A DNA stretch of 64,000 bases from Candidatus Acidiferrales bacterium (GTDB lineage: Bacteria > Patescibacteriota > Microgenomatia > Levybacterales > UBA12049), in NCBI GenBank assembly GCA_035533875.1, contig DATLSZ010000001.1, positions 3,614 to 67,613 on the forward strand, written 5' to 3'. A program made the translations under genes and the position numbers. Under the pieces are notes generated by a model. The model saw only the letters and a program-made list of their open reading frames with translations, searched no databases and was not told the origin of the DNA. Each line of letters starts with the position of its first letter. Within the stretch, counting starts at the first letter, position 1. Positions 26,190 to 35,011 of the stretch are shown here, one piece after another.

Positions 26190-27179
26190 ATGTTGAATCC
26201 TAACTTAAAACTAAATACCAAACTCTTCGACAAAGATGTCGCAACCGCGCCAACTCGGGAAGGTTTTGGCACGGGACTCGTGGCGCTGGGTGAAATCAAT
26301 CCGAGAGTCGTAGCATTGGCCGCGGACCTGACTGAGTCAACATACGCACATAAATTTGCTGAGAAATTCCCCGATAGATTTTTCCAAATTGGTATCGGCG
26401 AGCAGAATATGGCATCAATCGCAGCAGGGCTTGCGGAAAGTGGTAAAGTCGCTTTCATCTCTTCATACGCAACGTTCTCACCGGGCAAAAATTGGGAAAC
26501 GCTGAGAACCACCGCAGTCTACAACGAAGCAAATGTCAAAATTGCAGGCCATCACTCAGGCATCATGACCGGACCTGACGGCGCCACCCATCAGGCAACA
26601 GAGGACATCGCCATCACCCGCTGCTGGCCAAAGATGCATGTCTATGTCCCTTGCGATGCTATCGAAGCACGCAAAGCAACCATCGCGTCTGTTGATATCT
26701 CCACCCCAGTCTATCTCCGCTATACCAGAGATAAAACACCAGTCATTACTACCGAAGAGACGCCATTCAAAGTCGGCAAACTGCAAACGTTTTGGGTGAA
26801 CGAAAATCCCAAAGTCACCATCTTTGCGACCGGCTACATGCTGTATTATGCACTCGTTGCCGCAAAAGAATTGGAGGAAGAAAAAATCCCTGTCCTCGTC
26901 GTCAACGCAGCGACGATAAAACCGCTTGATGAAGAAGGAATTCTTAACGCAACTCGTGATTCACAAGCAGTTGTTACGGTCGAAGACCATCAAGTCGAAG
27001 GCGGTATGGGATCTGCTATTGCTGAACTACTTGCAAAGACCACTCCACTTCCGATAGAATTTATAGGGTTGCAAAATACATTTGCCGAGTCAGGCAAGCC
27101 TGCCGAGCTTGTCGAAAAATACGGCATGGGAGTGAAAGATATCAAACTGGCTGTAAAAAGAGTTATGAGAAGAAAGTAA
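26190..27179 (+). CDS. transketolase, C-terminal (pyrimidine-binding) subunit of split enzyme
   Basis: FQIGIGEQNMASIAAGLA, GPDGATHQATEDIA, VTVEDHQVEGGMGSA. Confidence 0.9.
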   Translation: MLNPNLKLNTKLFDKDVATAPTREGFGTGLVALGEINPRVVALAADLTESTYAHKFAEKFPDRFFQIGIGEQNMASIAAGLAESGKVAFISSYATFSPGKNWETLRTTAVYNEANVKIAGHHSGIMTGPDGATHQATEDIAITRCWPKMHVYVPCDAIEARKATIASVDISTPVYLRYTRDKTPVITTEETPFKVGKLQTFWVNENPKVTIFATGYMLYYALVAAKELEEEKIPVLVVNAATIKPLDEEGILNATRDSQAVVTVEDHQVEGGMGSAIAELLAKTTPLPIEFIGLQNTFAESGKPAELVEKYGMGVKDIKLAVKRVMRRK

Positions 27180-27180
27180 A

Positions 27181-27268
27181 AATTTCAGAATACTCAGAAG
27201 ACTCAGACATCAGATAACCTGAATGTCAGACGTTCTGATTCTCCGAGTTATTCCGAGTTTTCCGAACT
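27181..27268 (+). repeat. tandem-unit hairpin element, family 1 (archetype)
   Basis: 5' arm TTCAGAA-T-ACTCAGAA-G-ACTCAGAC-A-TCAGA; 3' arm TCTGAT-TCTCCGAG-TTATTCCGAG-TTTTCCGAACT directly followed by ATG 27269. Confidence 0.85.
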
Positions 27269-28942
27269 ATGAATCCTGCCCTTTTAGAAGAACTGAAAAG
27301 TATCATACATGGTGATGTCGCGGTTGATGATGAGACGCTGATGAAGCATAGTCATGACGCGAGTCTTTTTGAAGTCAAACCGCAAGTCGTCGTCTACCCA
27401 AAAGACGAAGCAGATGTCCAGGCCCTCATCAAATTTGTCAGCAAACATAAAAAGGATCATCCCCACCTTTCACTTACCGGCCGTTCAGCAGGGACAGACA
27501 TGGGGGGCGGATCGATCAATGAGTCAATCATCGTTGACTTTATGAAATATTTCACCAAGATGGGTGAGATAAAAAATAACATCGGAACAGTAGAACCGGG
27601 AGTTTATTATCGTGATTTTGAAGCGGAAACACTCAAAAAGGATCTTATTTTTGCATCCTACCCTGCTTCACGAGAACTTTGTGCGATAGGAGGGATAGTC
27701 AACAATAATTCCGGCGGCGAGAAATCACTGATGTATGGCAAGACAGAAAATTTTGTCAAACGGACCAAAGTTGTTCTTTCAGACGGCAACACGTATGAAT
27801 TTACCCCTCTCAAACGCCATCAGCTCCGCGCTAAAATGGCAAAGGATGATTTTGAAGGCAGACTATACAAACGCATTTATAAGCTTGTTAAAAGAAATTA
27901 TGATGTACTCCAGAAAGCCAAACCAAAAGTCAGCAAAAATTCCGCCGGCTACTTCCTCTGGAATGTATGGGACAGGGAAAAAGATATTTTTGATATGAAC
28001 AAAGTCTGGGTCGGTGCACAGGGAACGCTTGGGATGATGCTTGAGGCAGATCTGGAACTCGTACCGGTACACAAACACCGTGAGATGGAGATCATCTTCC
28101 TGCATGATCTCACGCAGCTTGGACAAATTATCGATGCAGTGCTTCCGCTCAAACCGGAGAGTTTTGAAAGCTATGATGATAATACCCTCAAGCTCGCACT
28201 CCGCTTCTTCCCGGAATTTGCAAAGAAGCTTGGGCCCTTCGGATTAATCCAATCCGGATTGGCTTTCGCTCCCGCATTCATGAAAATGTTTGTCGGCAAA
28301 CTTCCCAAACTCATCCTGCAGATTGATTTCACCGGCAACGATCCAGAGGAACTCAAACAAAAAATCGCAGAACTGAGAGAAAAATTAAAACCCCTCCATC
28401 CTGAAACCAAAATCGCTATTGAAGATCAGGAGAAACGATACTGGCTGGTAAGACGGGAAAGCTTCAACCTGCTGCGGAACAAAATACGAGACAAACACAC
28501 TGCGCCGTTCATCGACGACTTTGTCATAAATCCTCATGATATCGGCGAGGTTCTCCCGCAGATTACTGACGTTGTCAGACGTTATCCGGAATTTATCTAT
28601 ACAGTTGCGGGGCATATCGGCGACGGCAACTTCCATATCATTCCGCTTGTTGATATCAACAATCCCGAAGTCCGTAAAGCAATTCCGCAGATATCTGATG
28701 AGGTTTATAAAATAATTTCAAAATATGGTGGTTCCATAACCGGTGAGCATAATGATGGTCTGATCCGCACGCCGTATCTCGAAGGAATGTACGGCAAAGA
28801 AATTATCAAACTCTTTGAGGAAACAAAAAACATCTTCGATCCGCAGGACATTTTCAACCCGCGAAAAAAAGTAAAAGGCAATCTCGCCTGGGCATTAGAC
28901 CACATCCGGACAAATTGGAATGTTATTCAAGTACCAAAATAA
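27269..28942 (+). CDS. FAD-linked oxidase (GlcD / D-lactate dehydrogenase-like)
   Basis: FAD_binding_4-type N-terminus (LTGRSAGTDMGGGS, GGIVNNNSGG) and C-terminal GSITGEHNDGL. Confidence 0.8.
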   Translation: MNPALLEELKSIIHGDVAVDDETLMKHSHDASLFEVKPQVVVYPKDEADVQALIKFVSKHKKDHPHLSLTGRSAGTDMGGGSINESIIVDFMKYFTKMGEIKNNIGTVEPGVYYRDFEAETLKKDLIFASYPASRELCAIGGIVNNNSGGEKSLMYGKTENFVKRTKVVLSDGNTYEFTPLKRHQLRAKMAKDDFEGRLYKRIYKLVKRNYDVLQKAKPKVSKNSAGYFLWNVWDREKDIFDMNKVWVGAQGTLGMMLEADLELVPVHKHREMEIIFLHDLTQLGQIIDAVLPLKPESFESYDDNTLKLALRFFPEFAKKLGPFGLIQSGLAFAPAFMKMFVGKLPKLILQIDFTGNDPEELKQKIAELREKLKPLHPETKIAIEDQEKRYWLVRRESFNLLRNKIRDKHTAPFIDDFVINPHDIGEVLPQITDVVRRYPEFIYTVAGHIGDGNFHIIPLVDINNPEVRKAIPQISDEVYKIISKYGGSITGEHNDGLIRTPYLEGMYGKEIIKLFEETKNIFDPQDIFNPRKKVKGNLAWALDHIRTNWNVIQVPK

Positions 28943-28955
28943 ACAAACCACTACA

Positions 28956-28972
28956 ATTTCGTAACTCGAAAT
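28956..28972. terminator. weak hairpin between convergent genes
   Basis: ATTTCG-TAACT-CGAAAT; a short AT-rich stem. Confidence 0.25.
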
Positions 28973-28983
28973 CCTATACAAAT

Positions 28984-29553
28984 TTATTTACTTTTTGAGG
29001 AGAACATTGATCCGGGTTTCCAGGGTGTGCCGAGCATTGGCAGAATCCATTGGTCAAGACCGATCCATCCGGCAACGCGCCAGGCAAGAATGAGGAATAA
29101 TTCGATGAGAACCATGATCGGATTGACACTGACTGTTCCGGCAAAGAGATAATTCATATTCATTGTTGCCCCGAAAAATGAGGCAATTCCCGTGAACAAA
29201 CCAAGAATCAGCGCAACCCCGACAGCCAGCTCTCCAAAGGCAACCAGATGAGAAAAGAAACTCGCATTTGGCAGCACAACGTGCTGCAGCCAGACGGCAT
29301 ACCAGTCGGATACGTCGGGATGTGCTCCGGATGATTTCTTCAATGCGCCAGCGACAAAACCTGCCAACGCGCCGCCTGCATGTGGACCGACCCACACCGG
29401 ATTGATAACTTTCTCATATCCTGCTTGCACCCATTCCCATCCGAGATATAAACGCAAAATTAACCAGATCCAACTCAATCGGGTATCACCAAAAATAAAT
29501 TTGGAAATTGGCGGTTCGGGAAGACTGGTAACAACTTCACTTCGTTTGCTCAT
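28984..29553 (-). CDS. DoxX-family membrane protein
   Basis: Four TM helices; LRLYLGWEWVQAGYEK and FGELAVGVALILGLFTG resemble DoxX/DoxD. Confidence 0.6.
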   Translation of the reverse strand: MSKRSEVVTSLPEPPISKFIFGDTRLSWIWLILRLYLGWEWVQAGYEKVINPVWVGPHAGGALAGFVAGALKKSSGAHPDVSDWYAVWLQHVVLPNASFFSHLVAFGELAVGVALILGLFTGIASFFGATMNMNYLFAGTVSVNPIMVLIELFLILAWRVAGWIGLDQWILPMLGTPWKPGSMFSSKSK

Positions 29554-29685
29554 AGAAATAACTTCTGCAATCAGCGTAGAACTTTTGTCACTAAAAAGTC
29601 AAGTATTTAGATCAAAGACATTTTATGATAGTTGTACTCTCTTGCATTTCAGATAAAAACACTATACTATGGATTGATAAACGCT

Positions 29686-30732
29686 ATGGACACACAAGAT
29701 CTTGAAAAGACAGCCAAAGCAATGGTAGCATCCGGCAAGGGTCTTCTGGCAGCCGACGAAAGTGATAAGACCTGCCAAAAGCGGTTTGACAGTGTTGGTG
29801 TCGAATGCACGCAAGAGTCAAGGCGCGAATACCGTGGACTCCTCTTCACAACACCTGACGCCGAACAATTTTTAAGTGGTATTATTTTGTATGATGAAAC
29901 GTTTCATCAGGAAACTGACGATGGGCAGCCGTTTGGTGAATATCTCCAGTCAAAAGGCATCCTGCCGGGAATCAAAGTTGATAAAGGGCTTGTTGATCTT
30001 CCCGGATTTCCTGAGGAGAAAGTTTCTCAAGGTCTTGATGGACTGCCTGAGCGGATGGCAGAGTATGCCAAACTCGGCGCGAAATTTGCCAAATGGCGCT
30101 CGGTTATCACGATCGGCGATGGCATCCCCACTGATATATGCATTAAAGCCAACGCATACGTCTTAGCACGTTACGCACGCATCTGCCAGGATGTCGGGAT
30201 TGTTCCGATCGTTGAGCCGGAAGTACTCTTTGACGGCAAACATACCAGTGAACAATGCGAAGAAGTGATGGCAAAGACATTTGGTACGCTCTTTGAATAC
30301 ATGGAAGCATTTAGAGTCCACATGCCGGGAGCAGTTTTGAAAACAAGTATGGTGCTTCCCGGCAAAGAAAGCGGCGCAACGATTGAACACGATGAAGTTG
30401 CCGAACGGACCGTCAGAGTGCTGCATGACCATGTGCCACAAGACCTTGGCGGTGTGGTTTTCTTAAGCGGCGGACAGACCAGCAATGACGCGTTTATCAA
30501 TCTCAACCGCATTGCCAAAAAAGGTCCGCATCCATGGGGTGTCACCTTCTCTTTTTCACGAGCACTGCAGGATTCCGTACTCAAAGCCTGGGCGAAAGAT
30601 AGAAAAGATAAGAAAGGTACTCAGGATCTTTTCCGTCAGCAACTTGAATTCGTGGGAAATGCCAGCAAAGGAGAATTGGATGAATCTCAGCTCCACGGAG
30701 ATACCTTTGTCACCAAATCACAAGACCTCTGA
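29686..30732 (+). CDS. fba: fructose-bisphosphate aldolase, class I
   Basis: GKGLLAADES hallmark, GIKVDKG, Schiff-base region AVLKTSMV, FLSGGQ. Confidence 0.9.
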   Translation: MDTQDLEKTAKAMVASGKGLLAADESDKTCQKRFDSVGVECTQESRREYRGLLFTTPDAEQFLSGIILYDETFHQETDDGQPFGEYLQSKGILPGIKVDKGLVDLPGFPEEKVSQGLDGLPERMAEYAKLGAKFAKWRSVITIGDGIPTDICIKANAYVLARYARICQDVGIVPIVEPEVLFDGKHTSEQCEEVMAKTFGTLFEYMEAFRVHMPGAVLKTSMVLPGKESGATIEHDEVAERTVRVLHDHVPQDLGGVVFLSGGQTSNDAFINLNRIAKKGPHPWGVTFSFSRALQDSVLKAWAKDRKDKKGTQDLFRQQLEFVGNASKGELDESQLHGDTFVTKSQDL

Positions 30733-30856
30733 TCAGAACACTCAGATTGTCGGATAATCGGTAATTCTGAGGTTAAGTAAACAAACTCTGAATCTCTGAT
30801 CTATCTGGAATTCTGTTTTCTGATTTTCCGAGTATTCCGAGTCTTCTGAAGATATA
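30733..30856 (+). repeat. tandem-unit hairpin element, family 1, in a convergent gene gap
   Basis: TCAGAACACTCAGA ... CTCTGAATCTCTGAT ... TTCTGATTTTCCGAGTATTCCGAGTCTTCTGAAG; fills the aldolase-stop to pfkB-stop gap. The 5' arm is shorter than the 3' arm. Confidence 0.7.
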
Positions 30857-31831
30857 TTATTTAACGAGTTCTTCCATCTTACTCTTTGTCAAAAGTCCAG
30901 CTTGAGCGCCGATTTTTGAGACAACTGCTGTCGCGTTCCATGCTCCCCAATCCATCGCTTTGGGGATACTCAAGCCGGAATGTATTGCTGCGATGAACCC
31001 TGATGTATATGCATCCCCTGCACCGGTCCGCTCAACAACCTCGCCCTCATGAATTCCATGAACATAAAATTTACCGCTGCCATCCATCGCGTATGACCCT
31101 TTTTTCCCGTCAGTCACAATAACTATTTCAGGACCTAGCTTCTTCACATCCATCATCAACTCTTTCACATATGCTTCTTCATGCTGAGGCGTTTCGGTTT
31201 CATGAAGTAAGTATTCAGTTTCTTCCTTATTCAGAAAGAGCATGTGAGTATTTCTTAACACTTCATGGACGATATCTTTTCCAGCGCGTAACTGCCTGGA
31301 ACCCGGATTGAAGGCGATTTTTGCTTTACTCTTGCGGACAAATTCCAAGACAGTCCGATACGGCTTGCGCCATTCATTTCCTAGACTGGTCATATACACG
31401 ATATCCGCAGATACATCTTCAAAATGAAAGTCGTGTTCCCGATCCACGTTTTCAATAAAGAGAGTCCTGTCACCTTTAAAATTGATAATGACAGAAAAAT
31501 TAGACTGACCTTTGACTTGCGTAACGAGCACACGTTCGATATGTTCTGTTGCCAAGGTATTGCGGATTTTTAATGAGAACTCATCGTCTCCGATCTCGGC
31601 GCAGAGTGATGCTTTTAATCCCAACCGGGAAAGCCCCACCGCCACATTGGTAGCATTGCCGCCGATGGTAAAGTCATACCGCTCAACATCTATCTTCTCA
31701 CCGAATTTAAAACATAGCCCACCGGTCTCATTGTCAAGATGAGCATCAGCATTTGCATGTGCCAACGACATATAGGCGTCAATCGTTGATTCTCCTACAG
31801 TTATGACATTATAATGACGATTAGAATTCAT
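30857..31831 (-). CDS. PfkB-family carbohydrate kinase
   Basis: GGNATNVAVGLSRLG N-terminal motif and the TGAGDAYTSGF anion hole/catalytic motif. Confidence 0.85.
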   Translation of the reverse strand: MNSNRHYNVITVGESTIDAYMSLAHANADAHLDNETGGLCFKFGEKIDVERYDFTIGGNATNVAVGLSRLGLKASLCAEIGDDEFSLKIRNTLATEHIERVLVTQVKGQSNFSVIINFKGDRTLFIENVDREHDFHFEDVSADIVYMTSLGNEWRKPYRTVLEFVRKSKAKIAFNPGSRQLRAGKDIVHEVLRNTHMLFLNKEETEYLLHETETPQHEEAYVKELMMDVKKLGPEIVIVTDGKKGSYAMDGSGKFYVHGIHEGEVVERTGAGDAYTSGFIAAIHSGLSIPKAMDWGAWNATAVVSKIGAQAGLLTKSKMEELVK

Positions 31832-31934
31832 AGCTACTTCTAGCGTAGCATTTAGAAAATTAAAATGTCAAAGAGGAAAAAAATGTTTGATCATGTATTA
31901 CTTGATTAACCGCAAAAACCAAGGGAGTAGAACT

Positions 31935-33407
31935 CTATGCAGCGACAGGAAAAGTAGGGATGAGATGTTTTCTGGCAAGATCCATACCCCAGTCAAGTGT
32001 TTCTACAACTACATTATTTGGCGTTACTTCTCTCTCGTCAAAATCTTGGAATACTACTCCTTCACCCATTGCGGCCATTGCAGAACATCTTGTCGCTACG
32101 CTTCTCATATGCGTCCGTGTTGTTTTAAGAGGATCCGTTGGATCAGGTTCAAGTCTTTTATCAACAGCTTCGAATATTGCATCGGAAATTGCCAATTCTC
32201 GTCTTATAGACGACGTATCACCTCTCCTGGATGCAAATTCTTTAATTTCAAATCCTTCTCGTAAAAAGCGATGATCTGCCCTTTCTCCATCCCGAAAATC
32301 AGTAAGTGCAAACAACAACGGCAATACTAAATCTTGATATCCAGCAGCAAGCTTAATTGCGAGTGGCTTTGTTGAGAGAAAGAGCTCCTCTGCTTCTTGC
32401 TGGTTTGGTAGTCTTCCATATTGATGCTCAAAAACTCTCGGTACCGCTTCAAATAAATTAAATTGCGTATTTATCGCAGTGCCAATTCCATCCATGATGA
32501 TACCTTCGGCGTAAGATCCACTGAGAAAACCGTTCTGATGACCAAATCTTGACATATCTTTAAACCAAACAAAGGCTTCATCTTCCGGAGTCCTTGCATC
32601 TTGTGAAAGTCCACGAAGTCTTGCTTCTCGTTCTCCTGCCCATGCATGTGCTCCGGCAAAGTAGGTTTTTTTTACTGCATTTTTAAGTTGCTTTATCCTG
32701 CTTGCAAAGTCTCCTTCTACTGCTGCCAAAGGTTGCAAGACTTGTTCACCCGAAGCGTCTCTTTCACTGGTTTCAGCAATATCGGAGTGAATACCTCTCT
32801 CCCTTCCCCTCCTAACTAAATCTCTTCGTAGATCAACCACTTTTCTCCATACTTCTTCAATAAAAATCGCCGATTGTTCGCTTCGTTCTTCAGTTAAATC
32901 ACCCCAAAACACACGTGCCTCGGCTCTTACTTCTTTTGCTGTAGCACCTTCTCTGGGAGTTAATGGAATGGCAGTATGATGAACAGCAGTAGATCCTGCT
33001 CTGACAATAGGGACAATATTTACTTGATTATCTTTCGGTCCGCGGAGGTCTTTGAGTCCTTTTACTGAAAAAGGACACTCAGCGGCTTTTATTGTGGTCG
33101 CAGCCGTTTCTGTTCCGGTGACGCTCCCCTCTCCATCAGTGACTGATTCACCATGATAGTCCAAACCTGCTGCAGGTGCTAACGCAGACTTGCCAATATG
33201 ATGAACTGTTGACTCGCCTACGTCGCCATTATCCCTCCAGCGAATATGTAAACTTCTTCGGGGCCTGGACAAACCACGACGAACAGAGCCTCTAGCTACT
33301 TGTGAAGGAGCAGACAAAACTTCGCTTACTGGACTCACTGTTCTCCTATCTCGTGGGGTCGCGGAATCGCCCCCTGTTGACACGTTTCTTTCGAATCTCG
33401 CAAACAC
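31935..33407 (-). CDS. orphan protein (~490 aa), disordered Arg/Ser/Pro-rich N-terminus plus helical C-terminal domain, function unknown
   Basis: Long ORF with no motif I recognise. TGCTACAAT (33417-33425, minus) overlaps the track's ATG 33428, so in-frame GTG 33407, 9 nt downstream of the -10, is the likelier start. Confidence 0.6.
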   Translation of the reverse strand: MFARFERNVSTGGDSATPRDRRTVSPVSEVLSAPSQVARGSVRRGLSRPRRSLHIRWRDNGDVGESTVHHIGKSALAPAAGLDYHGESVTDGEGSVTGTETAATTIKAAECPFSVKGLKDLRGPKDNQVNIVPIVRAGSTAVHHTAIPLTPREGATAKEVRAEARVFWGDLTEERSEQSAIFIEEVWRKVVDLRRDLVRRGRERGIHSDIAETSERDASGEQVLQPLAAVEGDFASRIKQLKNAVKKTYFAGAHAWAGEREARLRGLSQDARTPEDEAFVWFKDMSRFGHQNGFLSGSYAEGIIMDGIGTAINTQFNLFEAVPRVFEHQYGRLPNQQEAEELFLSTKPLAIKLAAGYQDLVLPLLFALTDFRDGERADHRFLREGFEIKEFASRRGDTSSIRRELAISDAIFEAVDKRLEPDPTDPLKTTRTHMRSVATRCSAMAAMGEGVVFQDFDEREVTPNNVVVETLDWGMDLARKHLIPTFPVAA

Positions 33408-33416
33408 AACTGTCAA

Positions 33417-33425
33417 ATTGTAGCA
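33417..33425 (-). promoter_or_regulatory. TG-extended -10, leaderless configuration
   Basis: TGCTACAAT, then 9 nt, then in-frame GTG 33407. Confidence 0.5.
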
Positions 33426-33515
33426 CATTTATAGTAGAGAAATACCCATCATAACGTACGAGACAACCACAGCAATAACATTGCGGAAAAGAAATAACTC
33501 CATTACACTTTTAGT

Positions 33516-34988
33516 ATGTCGGTAAAAAGCCTCACCAAACCAGAAGACCTCCTTCTTATCACAACAACAGTTTTAGGGTTCTTCTTTTTTTTCTGGGGAA
33601 TTAATTCCTGGAAATTTTCATTTGTTGGTGATGAATGGCCGTTTTATGTATATGCCCTAAACTTCACCGTCCATCCGCATCCACTTAATCCATTATCTTT
33701 CTCCGGCGTTTATGGCACGCATTCTCCCTTGGCAAGCATGTATCAGGTACTCTTTATGGAACTATTCGGCATCAACAATGTTGCCTGGCGGCTTTCCAAT
33801 ATAGTCCTCATTTTCCCCCTCTCTTTTTTCTTTTATCGGTGGATAAAACTATCATTCAACAAACAAACAGCGGTCCTTGCAACGATACTCATGCAGTGTT
33901 CATTTTTTCTGGCAAATTTTTTTAAAATCGGTTATGACAACCCACAATCACTAACTCTGTTGATAATTTGTTTTTATTTGGCAGCAACGTTTGGAAAATC
34001 TCCGACGAAAAAACTCGGACTCTTGCTGGGGGGAATCCTCGGTATCTCTTTCTATATGTATTTTGGCGCTGCTTTTCCGTTATTCATCTGGCCGTATTTC
34101 CTGCCGTTGAGAAACCAAATACGCAACAAAGCAACCAGAAAAGCAATCCAATCACTTATCATCACATACCTACTTCTCCTTTGTCCGCTCATCTTCCAGA
34201 TTCCCGCACTCCTCAATGTACGTGACGCATTGGGACAGCCAGGCTCTTTTCATCTAAAAAGCAACATTATCTATGACTTCTTATTGTTTTATAAGAATCA
34301 TGATTATTACTACAATCATTTTATTACCGGTCCCTATCTTGACAGCATCTCGCAGGTATTTTGTGTCATCGGCACGATTCTTGTCCTGTTCCGGGTAAGA
34401 CACCAGCCGTATCTGTTCTTCTTGCTTTCCTATATCTCAACCGTGATCTTTATCGGCAGTACCTCAGCCGACGGCTCATCACCGGTTACTCGCGGCCTCT
34501 TTCTGCTGCCATTCGGATTTTTCTTCGCAGGATTGGGATTAAATACGCTGCGGGAAACAATAAAAGGGAGAGTTATTTCCTTTGCTTTTTGCTGGATTTT
34601 GATTTTGGCTATTGCGACACTCAATGTCTATCAAAGCCAAATCAGCATTTTTGCAGGGAATACAATTGATTATACCGGCATGTCGCTGATTCTCCACTCC
34701 CTGCAACAGAATCAAACAGCACACAAAGAAGTCATCATCGTCCTCTCACCAGAGCTAAATATCAATCAGTATACGTGGGTCTTGCCATACATGAAACAGG
34801 CCTACGGGCTAAAAAATATTTCCTATTCTCTTCTCAATCCGTCACAGCTGTCGTGTTCCGAAACAATTACCAAAGCAACGCTTTTGGTATTCAATTACGA
34901 TCACAATGCGAGAAAAAAGATACAAAAACTTACCTGTGGTACCCCTCTTACCTCTTCGATCTTGTCTCCGGCGACAACTTTTTATTAG
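33516..34988 (+). CDS. polytopic membrane protein, GT-C fold glycosyltransferase (family 39/83-like, ArnT/PMT type)
   Basis: About 11 TM helices with an N-terminal loop FVGDEWPFY and no soluble domain. Confidence 0.55.
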   Translation: MSVKSLTKPEDLLLITTTVLGFFFFFWGINSWKFSFVGDEWPFYVYALNFTVHPHPLNPLSFSGVYGTHSPLASMYQVLFMELFGINNVAWRLSNIVLIFPLSFFFYRWIKLSFNKQTAVLATILMQCSFFLANFFKIGYDNPQSLTLLIICFYLAATFGKSPTKKLGLLLGGILGISFYMYFGAAFPLFIWPYFLPLRNQIRNKATRKAIQSLIITYLLLLCPLIFQIPALLNVRDALGQPGSFHLKSNIIYDFLLFYKNHDYYYNHFITGPYLDSISQVFCVIGTILVLFRVRHQPYLFFLLSYISTVIFIGSTSADGSSPVTRGLFLLPFGFFFAGLGLNTLRETIKGRVISFAFCWILILAIATLNVYQSQISIFAGNTIDYTGMSLILHSLQQNQTAHKEVIIVLSPELNINQYTWVLPYMKQAYGLKNISYSLLNPSQLSCSETITKATLLVFNYDHNARKKIQKLTCGTPLTSSILSPATTFY

Positions 34989-34999
34989 CAGTCATAAGG

Positions 35000-35005
35000 T
35001 ATAAT
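35000..35005 (+). promoter_or_regulatory. -10 box, leaderless configuration
   Basis: TATAAT, then 6 nt, then ATG 35012. Confidence 0.5.
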
Positions 35006-35011
35006 AAAACG

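Noticed and set aside
34775-35011. N-terminal extensions in ORF-track calls (34775-35011, 21020-21118, 42641-42751, 43726-43764, 29632-29685, 11817-11852)
   Set aside because: The extensions begin at TTG/GTG codons lying inside promoters, repeats or the preceding gene. The downstream ATG gives a normal signal peptide or conserved N-terminus and correct -10 spacing.
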